Program-made: the position numbers and the translations under genes
In this document: in pieces, positions 33,134 through 44,269 of the stretch
Numbering within the stretch: the first letter of the stretch is position 1
How the letters are laid out: each line of letters starts with the position of its first letter
Notes under the pieces: model-generated
Told to the model about the DNA's origin: nothing
Database searches by the model: none
The model's input: the letters and a program-made list of their open reading frames with translations, nothing else
NCBI RefSeq assembly: GCF_009914755.1
Contig: NC_060936.1
DNA length: 64,000 bases
Strand: one strand, 5' to 3'
Source: the human T2T-CHM13v2.0 reference genome, Homo sapiens

Positions 33134-34889
33134 AGATTTGCAATGTGTGGTGATTTCTTTTCTCCTTATAGACACTTCTTTGCATATCTAATATTTTATT
33201 AATAATTGTGTACTATTTTTCTTAAAGAAGATCTGCCAGTTGTATAAGTTTGCCCTCAAATCTGGTTTGGGCCCGGATTTGGATGGTGACCAGCTAGCTC
33301 TCTGGTCCCCATCTTGTACTGAGAGGGTTTGTCTGGATCAGAGAGTCTCCACCAGGCAACTCCCTCCCCGGAGAGGTGCTACTGATAAGGCAGTCTGTGC
33401 CTGTGGATGGCATGGAACAGGAGCAAAATGTCAACTCCTGGTTTGGATGAATTCAATTCCCAAATTCTAAGATCCCAATGACATAGTCTCTGCAGAAATG
33501 TCCTCACCCAATATGCAGGAGGAAGAAAAAAGTAACCCCCACCCCCATATGTTGGGGCAATTCAGCTTCTGCTGGTGTTAAACATAAAGAGCAGGGCTCT
33601 GCTGGCTCTGTGTGCCCGCTGATACCATGTTGGGATGACCGACATTCCCCCACCCAGAGGTCCAAACAACATTTTAAAAGTCTCATCCTACACGCTGTTC
33701 TGATGCCTGGAATTCAAGACATCAGAAGATGTCATCATCAAAGAGACAAAGCCTTTATTTCTGCAATAAAAAACAAAGCTGAAGATATAGATAGCCTCAG
33801 GAAATGTAATCCTGAAGTTCACTCCAAAATGACTGCAATTCTTTCCTTTTCTTCACAGTTTTGTGTGAGGAAAGGAAAAGGGGGAATGATTGGAGAGCAA
33901 TTTCAGAGAGAAGAGAGTTCCTTTTCCATGTCAAAAGGAGCAGTACGGAGACAAACGATTTCCACATTCAAGTTCTGCCTGAAGCCTGGTTGGAAAAGCT
34001 GGCTAAAAAACAGGGGAACATTTTTAATAAGAAAAATATACATGAATGTATTCATAGTGGATAGAAATAGCCTTAAATATGTAAAGGAAGAAGGAAAACC
34101 ATCAGGAAATACTTACTGCCAGCCCTCCAAGAAATATGAGATGGAAAATTACAATGAGCTTACCACAAAGCTGCTCTGACTGGAGGGCGTGACTTTTCAT
34201 ATTTAACAGCATGTCTGGTAATGTTTCAGGGAATCTCATTACTCTTTATTCCTTATTTCTCCTCATGGGGAGATAAATTTGGCTGCATTTTCTTTTTTGG
34301 AAAGGCACTGTTTTAGTTTTGCTTTTGTCATTTTTGAGAAAATACATATATTGTAACATTTGCCCCCTTTATATTTGACAAACATTTTTACATGGATGAT
34401 AGATCTCTATGAGAAAATGTCTAATGCTGGGATATCCATTAAATATCTTTCATTTCTATAATTATAGGAAGAGTCCAAGTTATGATATGTGTCTCTCCTG
34501 TTGCAACTGTCCTTTTTGGGAGGAAGTTGCACGTACGTAATAAAGACAGAGGGTCAATACTTTTATAACAAAGTTTTGTCTGTGAGCATCATTTTACAAC
34601 TAGAAAGCACTGCGGTGATCATCTACTTTAAGCTTAAGGAAATAGAGGCCCACAAAAGTTAAAATATTTAATATTTGACCATTGGTACGAAAGCTGAAAC
34701 TAGAATTTAAATTATTTTTTCTTCATACTGGAGAGTCTCATAGCATGAGTACTCCAACAGGGGGCCCTCTCAAGTAAAGTGGCCTATAGATATTGGCTGA
34801 TTGCAGGAAGATCAGAAGGCTGAGTTTTTTGTCTTAGGTCACTGCAACATAGTCCAAAAAATAATACTGACTATCTGGTGTCACATGTT

Positions 34890-35216
34890 CTTTTTTCTTT
34901 CTTTCTTTCTTTATTTCTGTTGTTGTTGTAGCTGAGACAGGGTCTTGCTCTGTCACCTAGGCTGGAGTGTAGTGGCGCGATCATGGTGCAGTGCAGCCTC
35001 AACCACCTGGACTCAGGTGACCCTCCTACCTTAGCCTCCCAGGTAGCTGGGACTAGAGGCATGCACTGCCATGCCTGGCTAATTTTTAGTATTTTTTGTA
35101 GAGACATGGTTTTGTCATGTTGCGCAGGCTAGTCTCAGGCTCTTGGGCTCAAGCAATTCACCTGCCTCATCCTCCCAAAGTGCTGGGATAACAGGCATGA
35201 CCTACTACCTCTGGCC
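34890..35216 (-). mobile_element. AluJ-like
   Basis: Reverse Alu with (TTTC)/(TTG) tail. Confidence 0.9.
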
Positions 35217-35231
35217 TTTTCTTCTTTTTAA

Positions 35232-35845
35232 AAACAATGTTTTTAACTTTTATTTTGATACAAGGGTTACATGTGCAGGTTTGTTATATGGGTATATTGC
35301 ATGATGGTGAGGTTTGGAGTATGGATCCCTTTACCCAGACAGACAGCATAGTACCCAATAAGTAGTTTTTTCCACCCCTTCCCTTCCTTCCTCTGTCCCC
35401 ACCTACTAGTTTGCAGTGTCTATTATTCCTTTCCTTGTGTGCACATGTGCTCAGTGTTTAGCTCCCACTTATTAGTGAGAGCATGTGGTATTTGGTTTTG
35501 TTTTTGTATTCATCCACTAAGACTTATGGCCTCCAGTGGCATACATGAAAAGAATGAAATTGTGTCCAGCTGCAAAGGACACAATTCCATTCTTTTTTTG
35601 GGTATGTAGTGTTCCACGGTGTATATGTACCACAGTTTCTTTATCTGATCCACTGTTGACAGGTACTTAAGTTGATTTCATGGCTTTGCTACTGTGAATA
35701 GTGCTACAATGAACATACAAGTGCACATGTCTTTTTGGTGAAACAATTTGTTTTCTTTTGGGTATATACTCATTAATGGGATTACTGGGTTGAATGGTAG
35801 CTGTGTTTTTAAGTCTTTTGTGAAATCTCCAAACTGCTTTCCTGA
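35232..35845 (-). mobile_element. L1PA (older primate) 3' end
   Basis: tacatgtgcaggtttgttatatgggtatattgcatgat...; minus-strand peptide DMCTCMFIVALFTVAK. Confidence 0.88.
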
Positions 35846-36114
35846 TGTCACATTTTCTTCTTTTACTAAGCCACATAACGTGCCCAATTATTTTTGAGGT
35901 CTTCATTTTATCTTCAGTGAACTCTCGAATGTTTTTTTTTTTAAGTTCTATACCCTAGAATCTAGAAAGTGGGATTAGCATGGAAAACCAAATTACAGGA
36001 ACAGTAGAAATTGTGGGCTGAAAACATACTTATTTCAGAATGTCTCTGGATCATAGTTTCTGTCTGTATTACATCAGCAATGACAATGTTTTGATTAACT
36101 TAGGAAAGGTTGAG

Positions 36115-36361
36115 TTTTTCTTTTTTTTTTTGGCTCACTGCAAGCTCCGCCTCCCCGGTTCACACCATTCTCCTGCCTCAGCCTCCCGAGTAGCTGGGAC
36201 TACAGGCGCCTGCCACCACACCCGGCTAATTTTTTGTATTTTTAGTAGAGATGGGGTTTCACCATGTTAGCCAGGATGGTCTCAATCTCCTGACCTTGCG
36301 ATCTGCCTGCCTTGGCCTCCCAAAGTGCTGGGATTACAGGCGTGAGCCACCGTGCCCGGTC
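36115..36361 (-). mobile_element. AluY-like, missing its last ~50 bp before the tail
   Basis: T tract joined directly to ggctcactgcaagctccgcc; flanking repeat aaggttgagttttt on both sides. Confidence 0.92.
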
Positions 36362-36819
36362 AAGGTTGAGTTTTTCAAAGTTCTTTCTCAGGAGCATGAT
36401 TTGATTGGCTACAGTAAGTAGTTGTGGGTGATACTCAAAGGCCTTCTTCATATACTCTCTAGGCCCAGGTGGGTAGGTGTACAGGTTGTGGCCTGCACAA
36501 GGGCACCAGGCCTGGCAGGATGGAAGTGGAGGCTGAGGTAGAGCCCATGCTCTGGTCATCAAGCTCTATACCCTGAAAGGGGTTGCAACAGCTAAAAGAA
36601 AGGGATGCCGAAGCCTCTCCATAGTCCTGCATTTGACTTCACTTTAGTACCAGCATGATTTGTGTAGACTCTCGTGTAAGATTAACTAGTTTAAGAAGCA
36701 GACCACCACAGTGAAGAAAAAGACATCAAAGGAACTAAGAAACATATTGAATCACAATATGTATGCCCTGGCAAACATAACTCCCTCCAAATGCCTCTTT
36801 GTATATTTATTCTTTATTG

Positions 36820-37125
36820 GTTCAAATCAGACATCAAGGAGTTCATTTAGGGCAGTGACCACATTCATATAATGAGAGTGGAAAAATATTTCAATCAAAA
36901 ATCAGGTCTTGATTATGGAAATCATACAGGAGTGAAATATTATGAATGTAATGAATATTGGACGACTTTCAATTCTAGGTTTACATGACACCAGAGAATT
37001 CATGCTGGAAAGAAGAGAGAAGGAATTCTCTAGATGTGGTAAGCCCTTCGGCTGCTGGTCAAATACCTTTCATCACCAGAGAGCACATACCCAGTTAAAT
37101 ATGTGGTGCAATCAATGTAGAAATA
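36820..37125 (+). pseudogene. Highly degenerate C2H2 zinc-finger array fragment
   Basis: With stops and frameshifts it reads HQGVHLGQ*PHSYNESGK..FNQKSGL..HTGVKYYECNE..F..HQRIHAGK..CGKPFGCWSNTFHHQRAHT..WCNQCR, i.e. 4-5 decayed fingers with HTGEKPY-like linkers. Confidence 0.75.
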
Positions 37126-37789
37126 TGAGGATTTTATAGAATGGAAGATCCCCATTTGATTCAAGATCATTAGTAGATTTTTAGCTTATTAAGAACAAAT
37201 TCCATGTTTTTCTAATTCCATTTTGATTTTACTTGACAAAATATCACTCAACAAGGGTTATTAGTTGAAGCGTTGAAGACATATGAGAAGCCTCCTGCCG
37301 CTCAGAGATTTTTGTTTTTCCTAAATGTCTGTTGCCCAAGGCACAATCCCTTGCCTTTTCTTATGTTGTTTTCTATGCCAAGAAATCTTTCTCCATCTCT
37401 TCAACTTAACACTCTAAAATGTCAGTTTCTTTGTCCAGCTGTCTTTGACTTTTCTAAGATGAGTTAGTCACTGTCTCCAGCCCTACCTTCATACTTTATT
37501 CATAAACGTACTACAATTCCTGGCATTATTATGGTTTGTTTATGGCTTGCTATGCCAGTGGATTGTGAATTTTCATTGTTGTTTTAGTTGTTGGATGAAT
37601 GGATATCTTCGCAGTGCTAAGAGAAAATGCTTTTATGTAGTTTGATGTTCTCAGAAACATCTGTAGCCAGAATTAAAAAAGAGAAAAGAGTTTAAATCAG
37701 TATTTTTTTAAATTGTGCTCATACTATAATAAAAAGCACTACTGAGAAAGAATGAGACACAGTCCTTTTCCCTAAAAGTAGTAAAAACA

Positions 37790-37949
37790 TGCTGGGTGTG
37801 GTGGTTCACACCTGTAATCCCAGTGACACAAGAGGCTGAGGTGAGAGGATCACTTGAGCCCAGGAGTTGGAAGCTGCAGGGAACCAGGACTGCATCACTG
37901 CTCTCCAGCCTAGGTAACACAGCAAAACCCCCAATCTAAAAAAATAAAA
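37790..37949 (+). mobile_element. Alu monomer (FRAM-like)
   Basis: Single-arm Alu with A-rich tail. Confidence 0.8.
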
Positions 37950-37988
37950 GTAGTAACAACAGTCTAGTGGGGGAGATAAGGCATGTAA

Positions 37989-39068
<1,080 letters not shown>

Positions 39069-39080
39069 GTCCTCGCTCTA
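39069..39080 (-). other. Polypurine tract (degenerate)
   Basis: Minus strand TAGAGCGAGGAC immediately before the TG of the 3' LTR. Confidence 0.7.
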
Positions 39081-39169
39081 GACAGGACACCCCAACTGCT
39101 GTTGGGAACTGGGCAGCGGTCATTCTGGCTACTTTTTGCTGATTAGGGGCAAAGAAGGGGCCCTGCAGT

Positions 39170-39658
39170 TGTGGTGTCCTCCAGAGGGGAATTTTTTGGC
39201 TAGTCGAGGGACCAGCAGGTTGATCCAGGAGTCCTCGATAGAAGCCGTGAGTTGAGCTCACTTGAGGTTCCATTTGTAAGACCATTTGTAGCTTGATGGC
39301 CTGGAACCTGGAGGAAACAAATTTGACAAGGAGGTTAAAAATGCAAGGCCCAAAGGCGAGTAATAGTAGGATGGCTGTCACAGGGCCTAGAAAGGGGAGG
39401 AGCCAAGGTATCCATTGGTTAAACATATTCCAGGGTCCTGAGTGTTCAAGCTCTTTTTTCTTACTTTTTATCCGTTCTTTTATTCTTTTTGACCTTTTTA
39501 GTAATGATTTCTGACAGGTTAACGAAATAGCAACATTCTTTTCCTAAGAAGAAGCAGGTTCCTCCTCTTTCAGCTATTAATAGGTTTAGGGCTCTTCGGT
39601 TTTGAAGGACTACCGCAGCTAGAGAATTAAGCTGGCTTTGTAGGGTCACTAGGGAGTC
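39170..39658 (-). pseudogene. env: env transmembrane (TM) subunit remnant, related to HERV-W Env/syncytin-1
   Basis: DSLVTLQSQLNSLAAVVLQNRRALNLLIAERGGTCFFLGKECC (immunosuppressive domain plus CX6CC), then a +1 frameshift in the A-run near 39488, then QWIPWLLPFLGPVTAILLLLAFGPCIFNLLVKFVSSR (membrane span). Confidence 0.93.
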
Positions 39659-40427
39659 AAAATGCCACGGAATGCAGAAGAAGGCATCTTTGAAGTCTAG
39701 AACAGAACCATTCTGCTTTCTCTGGTATTTGAGAGAGCAGTGTATAGGGGTTGGGTACAGCAGGATATAAAGGAATTACTGCCTTATTGACGATTCTGAG
39801 GTCTTGCACTAGTCACTGATCATTTGGTTTTTGTATTCCTAGGATTGGGGTGTTGCAAAGACTGCTATATTTTCTTACTAAGCCTTGAGCTTTTAAATGT
39901 CTAACAGTATCCTGTAATCCTTTGTGAGCTTTAGGCCTTAAGGGATGTTGCCTTTGATAAGGAGAAGTGGTGGGGTCTTTTAGCCTGATTTGAACTGGAT
40001 GGGCATTCTTTGCCTTTCCAAATTGTCCTTCCAAGGGCTAGACTTTAGAGTTGATTCCTTTTTCAAGTAGGGAACAACAAATGGGTAAGTTGTTCCCCAT
40101 ATTCACGTAGATAATAGCCCCAGCGTTGGCTAATATGTCCCTCCCTAATAAGGGTGTGGAACTTTTGGGCACAACAAGAAAGGCATGTGAAAAGACCAAA
40201 GTCTCCCAATTGCAGTGGAGGAGGTGAGAGAAATACCTGGTTACAGGCTTTCCTAAGATTCCTCAGGTAGTGACGAACTTTGAGGGCAGTTGTTCGAGGC
40301 AGGAGATTAAAACTGAGAAGGCCGTGCCAGTGTCCAGGAGGAAGTCCACTCCCTGGCCCTCAATGGTCAGACTTACCCAGGGATCTGTGAGGGTGATGGC
40401 ATGAGTTGGCGCTTGCCCCGGGCACCC
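39653..40427 (-). pseudogene. pol: pro and N-terminal RT (pol) remnant
   Basis: FLLDTG protease motif; PVQIRLKDP..PYQRQ; LVQDLR..N; AEWF..VLDFKDAFFCIP; stops and frameshifts; truncated before YXDD. Confidence 0.93.
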
Positions 40428-41894
40428 TCGGTCCTGTTGCTGAATCATCTGGTTGGGCACTTCTGGCCCAGAGGGCCTTTGTTCTCTGGGGCAGTGTGCC
40501 TTCCAGTGATTGCCTTGGCATATTGGACATGGGCGAGCGGGCGGTTTGTTTCTGGTTGGGCAATTTTTCTTAAAGTGTCCTTGCAAACTGCACTGATAAC
40601 AAGCCCTACTAGGCAATTGGCCTGCTCCTCTCTTGGTTCCCTCTTAGCCACCAAGGTTTGCCTGTATGAGGGCCATGACTAAGGCTGCAGCCCTTTTTTT
40701 TAACCTCGCTTTTCCCTTTTGGCCAGTTCTTCTTGGTCCCTGTTACAGAACACCGAGGTTGCCAAATTTAATAATGTTTCCAAATTTTGTTCTGGGCCTA
40801 ACAAACTCCAGACTTCTGGAGTTTTCTCCTAATGTCAGCCACTGATTGGGTGACAAATTTATCCTTTAAAATGAGTTGGCCTTCTACAGAATCTGGAGTT
40901 AGGGAGGTGTGCTTTCTTAGGGGCTCCCTTAGCCTTTCTATAAAAGCAGAGGGGTTTTCCTCTTTTCCCTGTGTAATTGTGGATAGTATTGAGTAGCTCG
41001 TAGGCTTTTTCCTAGTCTTCCTCAACTCATCTAAAAGGCAAGTTAGCAAATGCCTGCGGCTCCAATCTCCATGATCTGAGTCAGTATCTTAATGAGGGTC
41101 TACAGTGGGGACTGCCTGTTGCCCTGTGGGGAATTTTCCCCTCTCCTCCAGGGCCATTCGATCGTTTACCTGGCTAAGGTACCACAGATCCCCAAATTGC
41201 CGGGCTGCTGCTAAAGCTACTTCTTTTTCAGTGGGACTTAAGGTCTGATCAAGAAGTAACATGATATCTCTCTGTGTTAGATTAAGGGACTGCCCCGATG
41301 CCTGCAGGACATCTATATAGTTATCAGGATCATCTGAGAATTTCCCTAAATCTGCCTTTATTTGTTTTAAATCTGAGAGTGAGAAGGGGGCATGCACATG
41401 AATGGGCCCAAATTCTCCTTCTACTGCTTGTAAGGGACATAGTTTGGGTGCCTGGCTCGTGGAGTTTATGTTCTCTTTCCGGTGTGCCTTTAACACTTCA
41501 GTGGGGCCAGATGGAGGACAGTCAGTTGGGGAGGAGAGTGGGGCAGAGGGAAGAGGCCCTGAGGATGGAAGCAACTGTGGGCCTCTGTCATTTGGGCAAA
41601 GCTTGCAGGCTTGGCACAGGGCAGTATTGTCATGAAGGGCAAAGAAAGCCTGTGCATAAAGGACTTTACTCCATTTACCTTTCCGTTTACAGAAAAGATC
41701 TAGTTGTAGAAGGGTGTTATAATTAATACTTTCCTCAGAGGGCCAAGTTTCTCCATTTTGTAAGGAATACTGTGGCCAGGCAGTGGTACAGAAGAAAATC
41801 AGCTGCTTTTTTTTAAGGTTTCAGGGTCAAATTTGTCCCAGTTATTCAGGATACATCTTAAGAGAGTGTCTGGTTTTGAAGGTGTGGTGCCTGT
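40428..41894 (-). pseudogene. gag: gag remnant (MA, CA, NC)
   Basis: [18 protein letters not shown] (MA); [22 protein letters not shown] and ITQGKEENPSAFIERLRE (CA/major homology region); CYQCSLQGHFKKNC and CPICQGNHWKAHC zinc knuckles; start codon reads ACA; several frameshifts and stops. Confidence 0.93.
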
Positions 41895-42033
41895 CTGGAA
41901 TTTTAAACACAGGGATGCCTCCACCCCTGGTTAGTCCTGGGACCTGTCTTCCCTTAGGGCATCCCCCAAGGGTCAGGTCCAATTGTTGCTCATAGCTCAT
42001 GGCTGCTTTTCCTGAGCCCTCCATCTACCAGAT

Positions 42034-42915
42034 TTAACCATGCTTACCGGTGGGATGGAAACTTCCCTTGCGCCTGCCATGTGCCCATTGACCACTAAAT
42101 GGGGCACAAGGACCGTTGGATTTATTGTGGTCCTTTTGCCAACGTGTTCTACCTGTTCCAGGGTGGCAAGGCCTGGGTCAGGGGCACCACTGATGCTTGC
42201 ATGCTAAGGCCCAATTTACATGGGCCTGGCCATAAAACAGTCCTTTAAGAAGAAATCTCTGAATTAGCGACAGGAGGCTTAGTAAGCTTAAAGGGGGTGG
42301 TGCATGTCCTCTAGGCCAGGGCCGAGAGAACAGCTGCTGTACTCTAGCCTTCTGTTCCCACTTGCCATCAAAGGAGTAAGCTCCTCTCTCAAGGCAGTAC
42401 CAGTATCCTGTGACCCAACTGACTATATTTTCTTTCATTCAGTACCAATTATTGAATGGTTGAAATAACAATTCAATGGCTCTAAGAGCTGTACCCATGC
42501 ACCACAGACTGTACTTGAGAGGCCCCAAGGAAGGGGAAGGTCTATTTGGGGAGTAATGGAGGAAATGCCCTAAGGCTTCTATTATCCACACGAAAATTAC
42601 AGACCTGTCTTTAAATTGTCCTGATTGGGGGTCCCATACACTATGGTGGGGAACTGGCCCTTTAAAATAGCCATCAAATGGTGACACTTGCCTAAACCCT
42701 GACGGGCACCATGAACGGGGATCTTCTGGGCACCACCCCAAGAATTTAAGACTTTTAAATAGGGAATTTTGATCCTGTCTAGTGGGAATAACCTTGCTTG
42801 CAAGATGAGGAAAGAAGTCTAGTGGGCAGACATTAGGACCCAGGAGGCAGGGGTCAGAAGATGTGGCTGTCTCACACTCAGTAACCCATGCAGGGGGAGC
42901 CTCTGGCAGGGCCAT
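42034..42915 (-). pseudogene. Pre-gag reading frame (~293 codons, two in-frame TGA stops), function unknown
   Basis: ACCATGG start at 42915; listed ORFs 42439-42960 and 42178-42438 share one frame, which continues to TAA at 42034-42036. Confidence 0.7.
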
Positions 42916-43206
42916 GGTCTCAACCAGGAAATCTGGGAAACTAGAACGTTTGCTGAGCACTCCTGGGTGTACTTTGGGACCACCATGGAAAGTGAAAGAG
43001 TTAGAACTGGGTCTAGGCTAACCAACGCTCCCAACCCTGAAGGGTTGGGGTTTGTTAGAGAGACCTTTTCCAGACAGCCTGACACCTGTGTCTTTAGTCT
43101 GGTGGCCACACTAATCGCCTTTAAGTGGCCGACAGGTGCCCAGTTTTTAGCCTCATAATTCTAAGGAAGGACAGGACAGAAAAGCAAGCGAAAGAGGTCC
43201 AATAGT

Positions 43207-43214
43207 ACTCACCG
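43207..43214 (-). other. Candidate major splice donor
   Basis: Minus strand CG|GTGAGT about 30 nt downstream of the PBS. Confidence 0.65.
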
Positions 43215-43242
43215 CGTGACAATCTACATGCCTTTCCTGGAT

Positions 43243-43260
43243 CTCCTGGCTGGCTTGCCA
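43243..43260 (-). promoter_or_regulatory. Primer binding site complementary to tRNA-Arg
   Basis: TGGCAAGCCAGCCAGGAG, 3 nt after the 5' LTR; one mismatch from the Arg(ACG) PBS TGGCGAGCCAGCCAGGAG. Confidence 0.85.
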
Positions 43261-43263
43261 AAA

Positions 43264-43971
43264 TGTAACATCAAAGGTTCTTGCCTTAGCCACGCCAAAG
43301 AATTGGTGTGGCAGCTGCCCCCAGCGAGAGATGGAAACACGGACCAAGAGAAAAAAAGCTGTAAGCTTTATTGAGCAGAGTGACAGTACAAAGCTTCCAC
43401 AGCATGGAAGGGGTCCCGAGCAGGTAGCCAGAGTTAGATTATGCAGTTGCCTTTTAAACTCTTTAAGGCAGGAAATATGTGCAGAGGGAAGATGTTACCA
43501 GAGCAAGAAACAAAGGCAGTAAATTATTTTGTGACATGTCTTAGATTTTGCGGAAAATCGGAATTGTAACTTAGGTTTTATCTACCTTATGACCTTGCAG
43601 TGGCATGGCAAAGGAGACAGGAATTTACAGGACTTTACAAAGTATGTTTACAAGGAATTGGAATTGGGAGCATAGATGAGGTCCACTGGTCACAGAAAAA
43701 CGGGCAGTTAACATTCCTTTTAGTTTTAGGGGAGGGGGAAGGGAGACAGGGAGAGAGGACACAGGGAAGCTTATAGCAAAATTTTCACTGTTTATAGCTT
43801 TCTTGGGGAAGAAAACACATGCACAAATCCTGGTGTTAGGAATATTTTAAGCATATATTTTCAATATTGTTCATCCAGGACCAAAGGAAGTCCTGATGCA
43901 GGAAATGAGTGAGTTTCACAACTTTCTGAGCCCCTACTGGACACAGGAAGCCCAGCTGGCGCCTCCTCTCA
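43264..43971 (-). mobile_element. 5' LTR (LTR30-like)
   Basis: TGAGAGGAGGCGCCAGCTGGGCTTCCTG...GTTACA; TATA-like TTTAAAAG near 43451-43458; AATAAA near 43367-43372. Confidence 0.93.
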
Positions 43972-44269
43972 AGTGTGTCAAGGGAAATACAAGTGAAGTG
44001 CTATGGAAGAGCAGAAGGGAAGACCTTACATCCTGCTTTGAGTTGGGAGTAGGGGTGTCGAAGAGAAGATATTGGCCTTTTGTCAATATTTGGCAGCATG
44101 GTTGGATGGTGGTGTTCTGGGTCTCATTCCTGGAGGCCCAGCTTACAGCTTGCTCTTGCAACCCTTTCGATAAATTTATAAGCACTCAGATTCTCTGAAT
44201 AAGGTCTCTTTTAAATTAAATAATGAGAGTATTTTATGGCTCCTGTGACTGACCCTTACCTGATACACT

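Larger units (their letters stand above)
30560..33276 (+). mobile_element. hAT-Tip100 DNA transposon fossil (Zaphod-like), interrupted by an ERVL LTR, an Alu and a MER41 LTR
   Basis: 31950-32180 translates, with breaks, to EVFPNLT..ILKIY..FSKL.IKNKL*STMLEERPNCLSIL..LSHEDVIEEYAVKK, a hAT C-terminal dimerisation domain; terminus-like ttcttaaag..ttgtataag..ctggtttgggcccgg near 33276; 5' boundary uncertain. Confidence 0.65.

Noticed and set aside
33610-34179. Longest ORF in unique sequence (189 aa)
   Set aside because: Starts at GTG, has no recognisable domain, promoter or splice context; an ORF this long can occur by chance in 64 kb. PhyloCSF or Ribo-seq would be needed to rescue it.
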